Positions 30,924 through 40,489 of a stretch of DNA of 64,000 nt are shown one piece after another. Every line of letters starts with the position of its first letter. Within the stretch, counting starts at the first letter, position 1. Position numbers and translations under genes: made by a program. The stretch comes from an uncultured Chloroflexia bacterium (GTDB lineage: Bacteria; Chloroflexota; Limnocylindria; Limnocylindrales; CSP1-4). The stretch lies in NCBI GenBank assembly GCA_963813535.1, contig CAWEZH010000002.1, forward strand, positions 448,001 to 512,000, read 5' to 3'. The notes under the pieces were generated by a model. The model was not told where the DNA came from and made no database searches. It saw only the letters and a program-made list of their open reading frames with translations.

Positions 30924-32523
30924 GGCCGAGCTCTTCGGCCGTGAACGCCTCGAGCAGGAACGGCGATGGCGCCTGTGGGTCGTAACTGAGGGTCAACGTA
31001 CGCCGCGCCCGGGTCCACGCCACGTAGCCAAGGCGACGTTCCTCCTCGTAGGCGCGTCGCGGATCCTCCGCCTCGGCGACCGCGCGGCCGCTCGGGAACC
31101 GACCCTCCTCAAGCCCGACCACGGCGACATGATCGAACTCTGCGCCCTTCGTGGAGTGTGCCGTCGCGAGGGATAGCCGGGCGTCATCGCGACGCAGCTC
31201 GACGAGGCGCTCGCGGGTGGCGTGGATCGCGGCTCGAAACGCCTCGAGGTCGGGAAATCGCGGCGCCCAGGCCAGAAGTGCGGTCGCGAGCTCGCGGTCA
31301 CTCCACGGGTCGATGTGAAGCGTCGCCCGGAATCGACCGAGACGAACGAGGAGTGGCAACGTCTCGGGTGTCTCGGTCGCGATGCGGTCCAGGAGCGGGT
31401 CGAGTCCCGGGCGATCTACCAGCAGCTCGATCGATGCGGCGCGGAACGGCTCACCGAGGTCCATCGCGGCGACGACAGCCGGGCGAAGCTCCCGGTTCGT
31501 ACGAGCCAAGATCGCGCGCGTCCCGTCGTCGTCGGGCCACGAGCGCAGGAGCCGAGCGGTGCGCTCCGGCTCGTCCGCGTCGTCCGGGGCGAGGATCAGC
31601 GACCCGGGCGCCTCGGCACGGGCGCGAATGACCTTGTCGAACCGCTCTTCGTTGTGGCCGATCAGCCGCACGGCTCGCTCCACGACGGGGGCCGGGCAGC
31701 GGTGGTTCACCTCGAGGTCGACCCGCCGCAGACCCGGGAGGGACTCGCCGATGGCCAGCACGCGTCGAACGTCGGCGAGCCGCCACCCGTAGATCGACTG
31801 ATCGTCGTCGCCCACGAGGAAGATCCGATCTGCCGGCGCCGCGAGGAGCAATGCGAGCCGAAGCTGGGATCGATCGACGTCCTGCACCTCGTCGACGAGC
31901 AGATGCGCGCAGCGGTCGCGCCACCGTCGGAGGAGCACGGCATCGTGCTCGAGCGTGGTCAGCGCACCGCGGACCAGATCGTCGTAGTCGACCGACCCGC
32001 GGTCAGCCAGAGCCGCTTCGTAGTCGACGAAGGCACGCGTCACCGGTCCGATGTCCTGATCGGCGGCGACCTCCGCAGCGCTGACCCCGAGGTCGAGCTT
32101 CAACCGCGAGAACGCCGTATCGAGACGCCCCCGATCGGCAGTCGTCGTCCACGGCCATAACTCGGCGAGGAGCGCGTCCCGGTCCACGAGCTCGACCGTG
32201 GTGCCAGCGTCACGCAGGATCTCGCGGCCGAGGGCGTGGAAGGTGCGGACGCGCACGGACCCCGGCGCGATGTCGAGGGATGCGAGCGCGTCGTCGGCTC
32301 GCATGGTGAGCTCGTCAGCGGCGCGCTTGTTGAAGGTGATGGCCGCGATCGTCGCCGGGTCGGCTCCGCCGTCCACGAGCCAGGCGATCCGTGCCACGAG
32401 CGTCGTCGTCTTTCCGCTCCCCGCGGGTGCGATACAGAGGACTGGGCCAGGCAGCGCCGTCGCCGCGGCGCGCTGGTCCGGGGTCAGTTTCGCGAGCCGT
32501 TCCTGGACCGCCGGGCGCGTCAC
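30895..32523 (-). CDS. UvrD/Rep-family ATP-dependent DNA helicase (compact)
   Basis: Motifs APAGSGKT, ITFNKRAA, TFHA, DEVQD, GDDDQSIYGWR, LARTN, TAHSTKGAEF and EEERRLGYVAWTRA. Confidence 0.92.
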   Translation of the reverse strand: MTRPAVQERLAKLTPDQRAAATALPGPVLCIAPAGSGKTTTLVARIAWLVDGGADPATIAAITFNKRAADELTMRADDALASLDIAPGSVRVRTFHALGREILRDAGTTVELVDRDALLAELWPWTTTADRGRLDTAFSRLKLDLGVSAAEVAADQDIGPVTRAFVDYEAALADRGSVDYDDLVRGALTTLEHDAVLLRRWRDRCAHLLVDEVQDVDRSQLRLALLLAAPADRIFLVGDDDQSIYGWRLADVRRVLAIGESLPGLRRVDLEVNHRCPAPVVERAVRLIGHNEERFDKVIRARAEAPGSLILAPDDADEPERTARLLRSWPDDDGTRAILARTNRELRPAVVAAMDLGEPFRAASIELLVDRPGLDPLLDRIATETPETLPLLVRLGRFRATLHIDPWSDRELATALLAWAPRFPDLEAFRAAIHATRERLVELRRDDARLSLATAHSTKGAEFDHVAVVGLEEGRFPSGRAVAEAEDPRRAYEEERRLGYVAWTRARRTLTLSYDPQAPSPFLLEAFTAEELGLTSPAPSRG

Positions 32524-32748
32524 GGCGGCAGTATCACGACCGCCGCTGCACATGGACTTATGTGGCCGAAGTGGTCGCAGCGTGGTCTTGGTGACCCATG
32601 TCAACGAACCGGTACCGAAGAGGGGCGCGACGAGGCACCGAATCGACCGATATGGCCATGGCATGGACGGGGAGCAGGGGGACGATGGCTGCACGCCAGG
32701 CACGACGGCGCGTGGTTCGTGACGGCGTGGACCAGAGGACTCATCGAG

Positions 32749-34119
32749 ATGCTTCGTCGATCACTCCGCCGGGCTGCCGTCCTGTCTCTCGGCGCGCTCC
32801 TTGCGGTCGCCAGCATCGCGGCGGCCAATTCGGTCCAGGCCGACAGCGTGACGCCGGTCGTCGACGGAAGTCACTTCCTCGGTGACGTGGCGCCCGGAGG
32901 GACTGTGCCCGCGGATGTCAGTTTCCTCGTCGGCTGCGCCGGGCTTCAGCACATCGACCCGCACCAGTCGGTCGTCCTGACCGGCAACGGCGGCATCGTG
33001 CCGCTCGATGGCGCCATCGTCAGCGTATCGACGGCCACGCTCACGCCGTTGTCGACCCCCTGGGGCGTTGACAGCGAGGGTTGCCCGGATCCCGCCCCGT
33101 CGTACGCGGGCGGTGCCCTGAGCCACGTCGTCCTCCGCGCTCCCACGGCGACCGGCATCCACACGTTCACGATCCAATGGAGTCGGTCGTTGACTCCGGA
33201 AGCCCAGAACGACGCGAACGCCTTCGCCCGGGCGGCGACATCGATCAACTTCTCGGTCCGAGTAACGTCGAACACCCCGCCGACGATCACGGTCCCCGCG
33301 TCCTTCACCGTCGAGGGCGACACCCGCGGTGGCTGGACGTCGAGCTGGACGGTTTCGGCATCCGACGCCGAGGACGACCTCGATCCGACGCCGATCTGCG
33401 TACCGACCGTCGGCGGTGTCCTGCCGCTCGGGCCTACGACCGTCACGTGCACCGTGACGGATGGGGCGGGCGCGACCGCCAGTGACCACTTCGACGTGAC
33501 CGTCGTCGACAGGACGGCGCCCAGGCTGAGCGGACTCCCATCAGATATCGATGTCTCGACGTCCGCTCCCGACGGCCGCGCCGTCAGTTTCGCCAGCCCG
33601 AACGCCACCGACGTCGTCGATGGTTCGCCGACCGTGGCGTGTTCCCCTGTCAGCGGCTCCGTCTTTGTCGTCGGGACGTCGACCGTGACGTGCACCGCGA
33701 CCGACGAGCGTGGCAATCAGGCGAGCGGCTTGTTCCGCGTCAGCGTCCGCTCCGTCGCGCCGCACGAGTCTTCGGCTGTTTGGCTCGAGCCCGTCGCACG
33801 TGGCAGCTCGACGTTCGTGGTGAACCGCGGCCGGACGATCCCTGTAAAGGTGCGGCTGATCGCCGACGGCCACGCTCGCACGAGGGGCGACGCCGACCTA
33901 CGAGTCATGCCGTGCGGTGGCGGGGCCACGTCGGAACTGCCGCTGACGTGGGGCGGTGGGCGCTGGAACGTCTCGCTCGACACGTCGGCGCTCGCTGCGA
34001 GCTGCTACACGGTGGCCGCGACGATCGATGGCCTGCCGGCTGGCTCGTTCACGCTCGAACTGCGCGGAGGCGCCGCCGCCGACGCCCGTCCTAAGTGGAC
34101 GGCGCCGACTGCCCCTTAG
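32749..34119 (+). CDS. Secreted HYR-domain protein with a C-terminal PxKF-like domain
   Basis: Signal peptide, two HYR repeats (ASDAEDD...TTVTCTVTD and ATDVVDG...STVTCTATD) and GRTIPVKVRL. Confidence 0.8.
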   Translation: MLRRSLRRAAVLSLGALLAVASIAAANSVQADSVTPVVDGSHFLGDVAPGGTVPADVSFLVGCAGLQHIDPHQSVVLTGNGGIVPLDGAIVSVSTATLTPLSTPWGVDSEGCPDPAPSYAGGALSHVVLRAPTATGIHTFTIQWSRSLTPEAQNDANAFARAATSINFSVRVTSNTPPTITVPASFTVEGDTRGGWTSSWTVSASDAEDDLDPTPICVPTVGGVLPLGPTTVTCTVTDGAGATASDHFDVTVVDRTAPRLSGLPSDIDVSTSAPDGRAVSFASPNATDVVDGSPTVACSPVSGSVFVVGTSTVTCTATDERGNQASGLFRVSVRSVAPHESSAVWLEPVARGSSTFVVNRGRTIPVKVRLIADGHARTRGDADLRVMPCGGGATSELPLTWGGGRWNVSLDTSALAASCYTVAATIDGLPAGSFTLELRGGAAADARPKWTAPTAP

Positions 34120-34200
34120 ACGACCGCGGTCGAGCGACGGTCGAAGGCGACGGCGAAGACGCGCTGACGCCTCAGGCGGTACTTGCCCTAGCATCGACGG

Positions 34201-36054
34201 GTGACCCCCGAACTCGAAGCGACCCTCAAGCGACTGCCCGATCGACCGGGCGTCTACCTGATGAAGGACGCCCGCGGCGAGGTGCTGTACGTCGGCAAGG
34301 CGCAGAGCCTGCGACACCGCGTCCGGAGCTATTGGCAGAAGCAGGCGCCGGTCTACGGCGAGGGCCACCGGATCCGCAGCGTCATCGACCGGATCGCCGA
34401 CGTCGAGGTCACCGAGGTCGACAGCGTCAGTGAGGCGCTCCTCCTCGAAGCGAACCTCATCAAGCGGTTCAAGCCCCGCTTCAATGTCCGCCTCAAGGAC
34501 GACAAGAGCTACCCCTACATCAAGGTGACGCTGGGGGACGACTTCCCGCGCGTCGAGCGCACCCGGAAGCTCGTGAACGACGGGAGCCGGTACTTCGGAC
34601 CGTATGCGTCGGCGACGAGCGTGGACGAGTCGATGAACATGGTCCGTCGGCTGTTCCCGTTCCGGACCTGCACGATCGATATCAAGGAGGGCCAGCGCGC
34701 GCTCCAGCGGCCATGCCTCCTGTATCACATCAAACGCTGTCAGGGACCGTGTATCGAGGCCATCTCGAAGGCCGACTACCGCGCCGACATCGAGCAGGTC
34801 GAACTCTTCCTCGAGGGTCGCCAGGAGACGCTCGTCAAGGCCCTCCGCCGAGAGATGAGCTCGGCGTCCGACCGCCAGGAATACGAGCGGGCGGCGACCC
34901 ACCGCGACAAGATCCGCGCGATCGAGCGGACGATGGAGAGCCAGAAGATGGCGGCCTTCGCCCGCACCGAGCTCGACCTCGTCGGGATGGCACGGCAGGA
35001 CAACCAAGCTGCGGTGACGCTCTTCGTGATCCGCGACGGCAAGATGATCGGGCGCGACGTGTACCTGCTCGATGCGGTCCGGGAGGCGCCCGATGCCGAG
35101 GTGCTCACGAGCTTCCTCGAGCAGTACTACACACGGGCGACATCGATCCCGCGCGAGATCTACATCCCGCCGGGCGTGACCGAGACTGACGACCTGCAGA
35201 CGTTCCTCGCCGAGAAGCGAGGAGGGCCCGTCCATCTGCGGACGCCGCAGCGGGGCGAGAAGCGCGACCTGCTCGGTCTGGCCGCGCGGAACGCCGGCGA
35301 GACGCTCGCCCGCGAACATGCTCGCTGGCTGGCGGACCAGGGGAAGACCCTCGCTGCCCTCGAGGAGCTGGCGGCCGCACTCGATATCCCGGGCATCCCC
35401 CTCCGCATCGAGTGCTACGACATCTCGAACTTCCAGGGCGCGGAATCGGTCGGGAGCATGGTCGTCTTCGAAGACGGCAAGCCGCGCACCGGCGAGTACC
35501 GCCGGTTCCGCATCAAGACCGTGGAGGGCCCGAATGACGTCGCAAGCCACCAGGAAGTGCTGCGCCGCCGGTTCCGGGCGACCAAGTCGGGCGAGGAAGG
35601 GAGCGAGGAGGAGCGTCGCTGGGCGATGCCTGACCTCGTCATCGTCGACGGCGGCAAGCCGCAGGTGAATGCGGCCAAGGCGGTGCTGGACGAGCTGGGG
35701 TTGCACGACCTGCCGCTCGCCGGGCTGGCCAAGGAGCGCGAAGAGCTGTTTCTGCCGGGACGCCCGGACCCGGTCGTCCTACCACCGACGTCATCCGCGC
35801 TGTACCTCGTGCAGCGGCTGCGTGACGAGGCCCACCGTTTCGCGATCACGTATCACCGGACCTTGCGTGACCGACGGATCGTCCGTTCGGCGTTCGACGA
35901 CCTGCCGGGAGTCGGCCCCAAGCGCAAGCGCGAGCTGCTGAAGGTCTTCGGTTCGATCAAGCGCGTCCGCGAGGCGCCGGTCGAGCAGATCGCCGCGGTG
36001 CCGGGCATCAGTCGCGCGCTTGCGGAGCGGATCAAGGCGACGCTCGAGGCCTGA
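34201..36054 (+). CDS. uvrC: Excinuclease ABC subunit C
   Basis: GIY-YIG domain (PGVYLMKD..YVGKAQSLRHRVRSY), RIECYDIS, DGGKPQ, RLRDEAHRFA and HhH motifs. Confidence 0.97.
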   Translation: MTPELEATLKRLPDRPGVYLMKDARGEVLYVGKAQSLRHRVRSYWQKQAPVYGEGHRIRSVIDRIADVEVTEVDSVSEALLLEANLIKRFKPRFNVRLKDDKSYPYIKVTLGDDFPRVERTRKLVNDGSRYFGPYASATSVDESMNMVRRLFPFRTCTIDIKEGQRALQRPCLLYHIKRCQGPCIEAISKADYRADIEQVELFLEGRQETLVKALRREMSSASDRQEYERAATHRDKIRAIERTMESQKMAAFARTELDLVGMARQDNQAAVTLFVIRDGKMIGRDVYLLDAVREAPDAEVLTSFLEQYYTRATSIPREIYIPPGVTETDDLQTFLAEKRGGPVHLRTPQRGEKRDLLGLAARNAGETLAREHARWLADQGKTLAALEELAAALDIPGIPLRIECYDISNFQGAESVGSMVVFEDGKPRTGEYRRFRIKTVEGPNDVASHQEVLRRRFRATKSGEEGSEEERRWAMPDLVIVDGGKPQVNAAKAVLDELGLHDLPLAGLAKEREELFLPGRPDPVVLPPTSSALYLVQRLRDEAHRFAITYHRTLRDRRIVRSAFDDLPGVGPKRKRELLKVFGSIKRVREAPVEQIAAVPGISRALAERIKATLEA

Positions 36055-36153
36055 GACCCGGCGCTCGGGTACCCGCGCACTGCGGTATTGCGGTGAAATC
36101 TTCAGCTTCCCGTAAGGGCGTCTGAACAGGCTTTCGTGTAGCATCCCGCCGGT

Positions 36154-37527
36154 ATGCGCAGAGCCGGTCCCGTCCTCATCATCCTCATCGGCGTCCTCGC
36201 CCTCCTCATCGTCTTCTTCCCGAACCTCAAGCTCCCTGACCCGGCCTCCCCGGATGGCTCGTGGCGGACGGTCGAGACCAAGCTTGGTCTCGATCTCGAG
36301 GGTGGGCTGAGGGTCGAGTACCAGGCACTCCCCAAGGACGGCGTACAGCCGACCCAGGAGGCGCTTGGTGTCATCAAGGACATCATCGAGCGCCGGGTGA
36401 ACACGACCGGCGTGTCGGAGCCGGTCGTCGTCGTCCAGGGCTCCGATCGTGTCGTCATCGAGCTGCCCGGCATCTCGGACGTCGACTCGGTGCGGCGCCT
36501 CGTCGGCCAGACCGGGAAGCTCGATTTCGTGCCGCTCGGGCAGACGCAGGCCGCCGAGGGCCAGGTACTCGACCTCGAGCAATTCCCGCCGCTGTTCAGC
36601 GGCGACCAGGTCGAGTCGGCAGCGATCGGCCAGGACCAGACGACCGGCGGCCTGACCGTCACGTTCGTCCTCAAGAACAACGGCCCCGAGTCGGGCGCCC
36701 AGCAGTTCGCCACCTACACCCGTGAGCATGTCGGGGAGATCTTCGCCATCGCCCTCGATGGCTCGGTCATCTCCGCCCCGTCGATCGACGAAGCGATCCC
36801 GAACGGCCAGGTCCAGATCCGGTCGGGCAACATCGGCGGCTTCCCGGCCAAGGAGGCCAACTCCCTCGTCACGGTCCTGAAGTTCGGCTCGTTGCCGTTC
36901 CCCGTCCAGGAGCTGTCGAGCGAGCAGATCTCGGCCACGCTCGGCGAGCAGTTCCTGAACCAGAGCCTGCTGGCCGGCTTCATCGGTATCGCGCTCGTGA
37001 TCCTGTTCATGCTCCTGTACTACCGGCTGCCGGGGCTGGTCGCGTCGTTCGCGCTCATCTACTACACGGTGGTCGTTCTGGCGATCTTCCGGCTCATCCC
37101 GGTCACGCTGACGCTCGCCGGGATCGCCGGCTTCGTGCTGTCGGTCGGCATGGCGGTCGACGCCAACATCCTGATCTTCGAGCGGATGAAGGAGGAGCTG
37201 CGCGTCGGCAAGTCTCTGCCCGCAGCGGTCGAGGCGGGCTTCAATCGCGCCTGGAATTCGATCCTCGACTCGAACGTGTCGAGCCTCATCACGGCGACCA
37301 TCCTGTACGCGTTCGGATCGTCGGTCATCCGCGGCTTCGCCCTCGTCCTGATCATCGGCGTGCTGACGTCGATGTTCAGCGCGATCGTCGTGACTCGCTC
37401 GATCATGCGCGTGGTCGTGCGGCAGGAATGGGCGCGCAAGGCTCGTCTATGGGGCCTGCGCGACGACGAGTTCGTGGCGGTCACCCCGCAGCGTCCGACC
37501 CGCCGACCCCTGGCGGCCGATGTTTGA
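36154..37527 (+). CDS. secD: Protein translocase subunit SecD
   Basis: Motifs KLGLDLEGG, RVNTTGVSEP, AGFVLSVGMAVDANILIFERMKEE and IRGFA. Confidence 0.97.
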   Translation: MRRAGPVLIILIGVLALLIVFFPNLKLPDPASPDGSWRTVETKLGLDLEGGLRVEYQALPKDGVQPTQEALGVIKDIIERRVNTTGVSEPVVVVQGSDRVVIELPGISDVDSVRRLVGQTGKLDFVPLGQTQAAEGQVLDLEQFPPLFSGDQVESAAIGQDQTTGGLTVTFVLKNNGPESGAQQFATYTREHVGEIFAIALDGSVISAPSIDEAIPNGQVQIRSGNIGGFPAKEANSLVTVLKFGSLPFPVQELSSEQISATLGEQFLNQSLLAGFIGIALVILFMLLYYRLPGLVASFALIYYTVVVLAIFRLIPVTLTLAGIAGFVLSVGMAVDANILIFERMKEELRVGKSLPAAVEAGFNRAWNSILDSNVSSLITATILYAFGSSVIRGFALVLIIGVLTSMFSAIVVTRSIMRVVVRQEWARKARLWGLRDDEFVAVTPQRPTRRPLAADV

Positions 37528-38683
37528 CGTCATCGGGAAGCGCCGCTGGTTCTACCTCGTCTCGCTCCTCCTGACGATCCCCGGCCTGATCTTCATCCTG
37601 ATCTCGCCGATCAGCGACGCCGGGCTCCAGCTCACCATCGATTACACCGGCGGGACCCGCTGGGAGATCAAGTTCGCCGACGCGTCCGTGACACCGGAGC
37701 AGGTGGAGCAGGTCTTCGCCGGTAACGGACTCGAGGCGACCGCGATCCGCACGCAGTCCGGGTTCATCGAGATCAAGACCGAACCGATCGGGCTCGTCGA
37801 GCAGTCGCCATCGCCGTCACCGTCCGTGTCTCCGAGCGGTTCGCCGGGCGCCAGTGGATCGGGCGCACCGTCGGCCTCGGCGTCGCCTCCGGCGTCCGCA
37901 TCGCCGTCGCCCAGCGCCTCGGCGTTGGCCAGCCCGGGTGCGAGTGCGAGTCCCGGCGCTAGCGCTTCGCCGTCCCCATCGCCCGTCGGCGGATCCGGCA
38001 ACACCGAGCTACCGACCGACGGCAAGCTCGGCGAGATGGTCACCGCGCTCGAGTCGGAGCTCGGCGAGATCGAGGCCCAGCGAAGTCTCACGACGATCGG
38101 TGCGGTCGTCAGCTCGGATCTGCTGAACCAGGCCCTCATCCTCATCGTCGTCGGGTCGCTGGGTATCGTGAGCTGGATCACCTATCGCTTCCGCGACGTG
38201 AAGTTCGGGGTGACGGCGCTCGTGTCGCTGCTCCACGACGTCGTGGTCGTCGTCGGGGCGTTCGCCATCCTCGGAACGTTCTTCCACGTCGAGATCGACG
38301 CACTGTTCGTGACCGCGATGCTCACGGTCATCGGCTTCTCCGTGCACGACACCATCGTCGTGTTCGACCGGATCCGCGAGAACAAGGCGCGCCACCTGGG
38401 CGAGCCGTTCGACGAGATCGTCAACCACTCGATCCTGCAGACGTTCGGTCGCTCGATCACGACCAGCCTCACGGTGCTGATCACGTTGCTGTCGCTGTTC
38501 CTCTTCGGTGGCTCGGCGATCAGCGACTTCGTGCTGGCATTGCTCATCGGCATCGTCATCGGGACGTATTCGTCGATCTTCGTCGCGAGCCCACTCCTGG
38601 TCGACTGGCAGGCCTGGGAGGATCGGCGTCGCGGGCGGGCGTCGGCGGCGCGTGCCCCGCGCCCACGCCGGGCACCGTCCTGA
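37520..38683 (+). CDS. secF: Protein translocase subunit SecF
   Basis: Motifs IDYTGGT, LLHDV, GFSVHDTIVVFDRIREN and GTYSSIFVASP. Confidence 0.97.
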   Translation: MFDVIGKRRWFYLVSLLLTIPGLIFILISPISDAGLQLTIDYTGGTRWEIKFADASVTPEQVEQVFAGNGLEATAIRTQSGFIEIKTEPIGLVEQSPSPSPSVSPSGSPGASGSGAPSASASPPASASPSPSASALASPGASASPGASASPSPSPVGGSGNTELPTDGKLGEMVTALESELGEIEAQRSLTTIGAVVSSDLLNQALILIVVGSLGIVSWITYRFRDVKFGVTALVSLLHDVVVVVGAFAILGTFFHVEIDALFVTAMLTVIGFSVHDTIVVFDRIRENKARHLGEPFDEIVNHSILQTFGRSITTSLTVLITLLSLFLFGGSAISDFVLALLIGIVIGTYSSIFVASPLLVDWQAWEDRRRGRASAARAPRPRRAPS

Positions 38684-38719
38684 GCGCCTCCGGGCGGAGA
38701 GCGGCCGGTTGAGGCGTGG

Positions 38720-40489
38720 GTGAGCGCCACATGGCATCCTGAGCCGGTGCTCGAACCGCGGTTCCGCTGGAGTTTCCCCGAAGATCTCCCCATCGAGCCC
38801 GACCTCATGACCGCAGCCGTCGAGCACGGCCTCGCCGAACGCATGACCGCGCTCCTGGCTCGACGGGGCGTCCTCGGACGGGACGACCTCGCTGCCTGGT
38901 TCGCCGAACCGATCGCCGGTCTCCACGACCCACACCTGCTGCCGGATGCGGACCTCGTCGTCGAGCGACTCGGGCGGGCTCGCGACCGCCGCGAACGAGT
39001 CATGGTGTTCGGTGACTTCGACGCCGATGGCCTCGATGGGCTGGCCATCCTCGTGATCGCCCTCCGGCGCTTCGGTATCGACGTCGAGCCATATGTCCCG
39101 AGCCGACTCGACGAGGGGCACGGACTCTCGGTCGCCGCGGTCGAGACCGCCGTCGCCAACCGCGTGTCGGTCATCGTCACCGTCGACTGCGGCACGAGCT
39201 CTGCTCCCGAGATCGCGCTCGCTGGCGCGCGCGGCATCGACGTCATCGTCACCGACCATCATCGCGTCCCGCCCGACCTGCCTCCCGCCTATGCGGTCGT
39301 CAATCCGCAGCGACCGGACTCACGCTACCCGGACGCACGGCTCGCCGGGAGCGGCGTGGCCTTCAAGGTGGCGCACCTCATCCTCGGGGCAGTCCCGCTG
39401 GATCTGACCGACCTCGCGACGATCGGCACGGTCGCCGATGTGGCCCCGATCGTCGGCGAGAACCGCGCGATCGCCCGCCTCGGACTCGAGCGACTGCGGA
39501 CGGCGCCGAGACCGGGTATCGCCGCCCTCCTCGAGCGCGCACGGATCGTTCCGGGGGCCGTCGATCTCGACACCATCGCGTTCGCGCTCGCCCCGCGCCT
39601 GAATGCCGCGGGCAGGGTGGGGGAGGCGCTCGAAGCCGCACGGCTGCTCCTCGCCGAGACCGCCGAGGAGGCGACGCGACACGCGGACGCACTCGAAACC
39701 GCCAACCAGACGCGACGCGACCTGACCGGCACGGCGGTCGCGGAGGCCCGCGAGCTCGTTGCCGCGAACCCGGATCGCCCGGCATCCATCGTGCGTGGCA
39801 CCTGGCCCGTCGGCATCATCGGGTTGGTCGCGGCGCGTCTCGCCGAGGACCGATCTCGCCCCGCCGTGGTCGGGACGGAGCTGGGCGACGCGATCCGTGC
39901 CTCGTGCCGCAGTGACGGCACGGTCGATCTCGGGGCTGCGCTCGAGGAGTGTGCGGATCTCTTCATCCGCCACGGCGGTCATGCCGGCGCTGCTGGCTTC
40001 GAGATCCCACAGACCCGCTGGCCGGAGTTCATCGAGCGGTTCGAGGCGATCGCCGCGGGCCATGTGCCGCCGGATCCGCGCGCCGTCCTGCGCATCGACA
40101 TGGCCGTGCCGGCCCTCGACGTCGACTATCGCCTGCTCCGCGATCTCGGCGGCCTCGTGCCGTACGGACCAGGCAACCCGGAGCCGCTGGTCGCGGTCCT
40201 CGGTCTGACCGTGACGCGCGTCCGCGTCGCCGCCGACGACCACACCTCCCTGACGCTCAGACGGGAGCGCGACGTGCTCGATGGCATCGCCTTCGGGCGA
40301 GCCGACATCGCCGCGCTCGTCCAGGAGGGCGACCGGATCGACGTGGTCGCCCGGATCAGCAGCCGGACGTTCGGTGGCTTCGAGTCGTTGCAGCTCGAGA
40401 TCCGCGACGCGGCGCCGAGCGGGTCGCACCCCGAGGCGGCCGCGGTCCTGGCCGGTCCCATCCAGGCCCTCGCGGGCTCCGTGTCGTGA
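38720..40489 (+). CDS. recJ: Single-stranded-DNA exonuclease RecJ
   Basis: Motifs FGDFDADG, TVDCG, TDHH, PRLNAAGR and GGHAGAAG. Confidence 0.95.
   Translation: MSATWHPEPVLEPRFRWSFPEDLPIEPDLMTAAVEHGLAERMTALLARRGVLGRDDLAAWFAEPIAGLHDPHLLPDADLVVERLGRARDRRERVMVFGDFDADGLDGLAILVIALRRFGIDVEPYVPSRLDEGHGLSVAAVETAVANRVSVIVTVDCGTSSAPEIALAGARGIDVIVTDHHRVPPDLPPAYAVVNPQRPDSRYPDARLAGSGVAFKVAHLILGAVPLDLTDLATIGTVADVAPIVGENRAIARLGLERLRTAPRPGIAALLERARIVPGAVDLDTIAFALAPRLNAAGRVGEALEAARLLLAETAEEATRHADALETANQTRRDLTGTAVAEARELVAANPDRPASIVRGTWPVGIIGLVAARLAEDRSRPAVVGTELGDAIRASCRSDGTVDLGAALEECADLFIRHGGHAGAAGFEIPQTRWPEFIERFEAIAAGHVPPDPRAVLRIDMAVPALDVDYRLLRDLGGLVPYGPGNPEPLVAVLGLTVTRVRVAADDHTSLTLRRERDVLDGIAFGRADIAALVQEGDRIDVVARISSRTFGGFESLQLEIRDAAPSGSHPEAAAVLAGPIQALAGSVS

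Noticed and set aside
32534-32595. Possible branched hairpin or riboswitch upstream of the HYR gene
   Set aside because: The stems are short and expected by chance at this GC content. I could not recognise an aptamer consensus.
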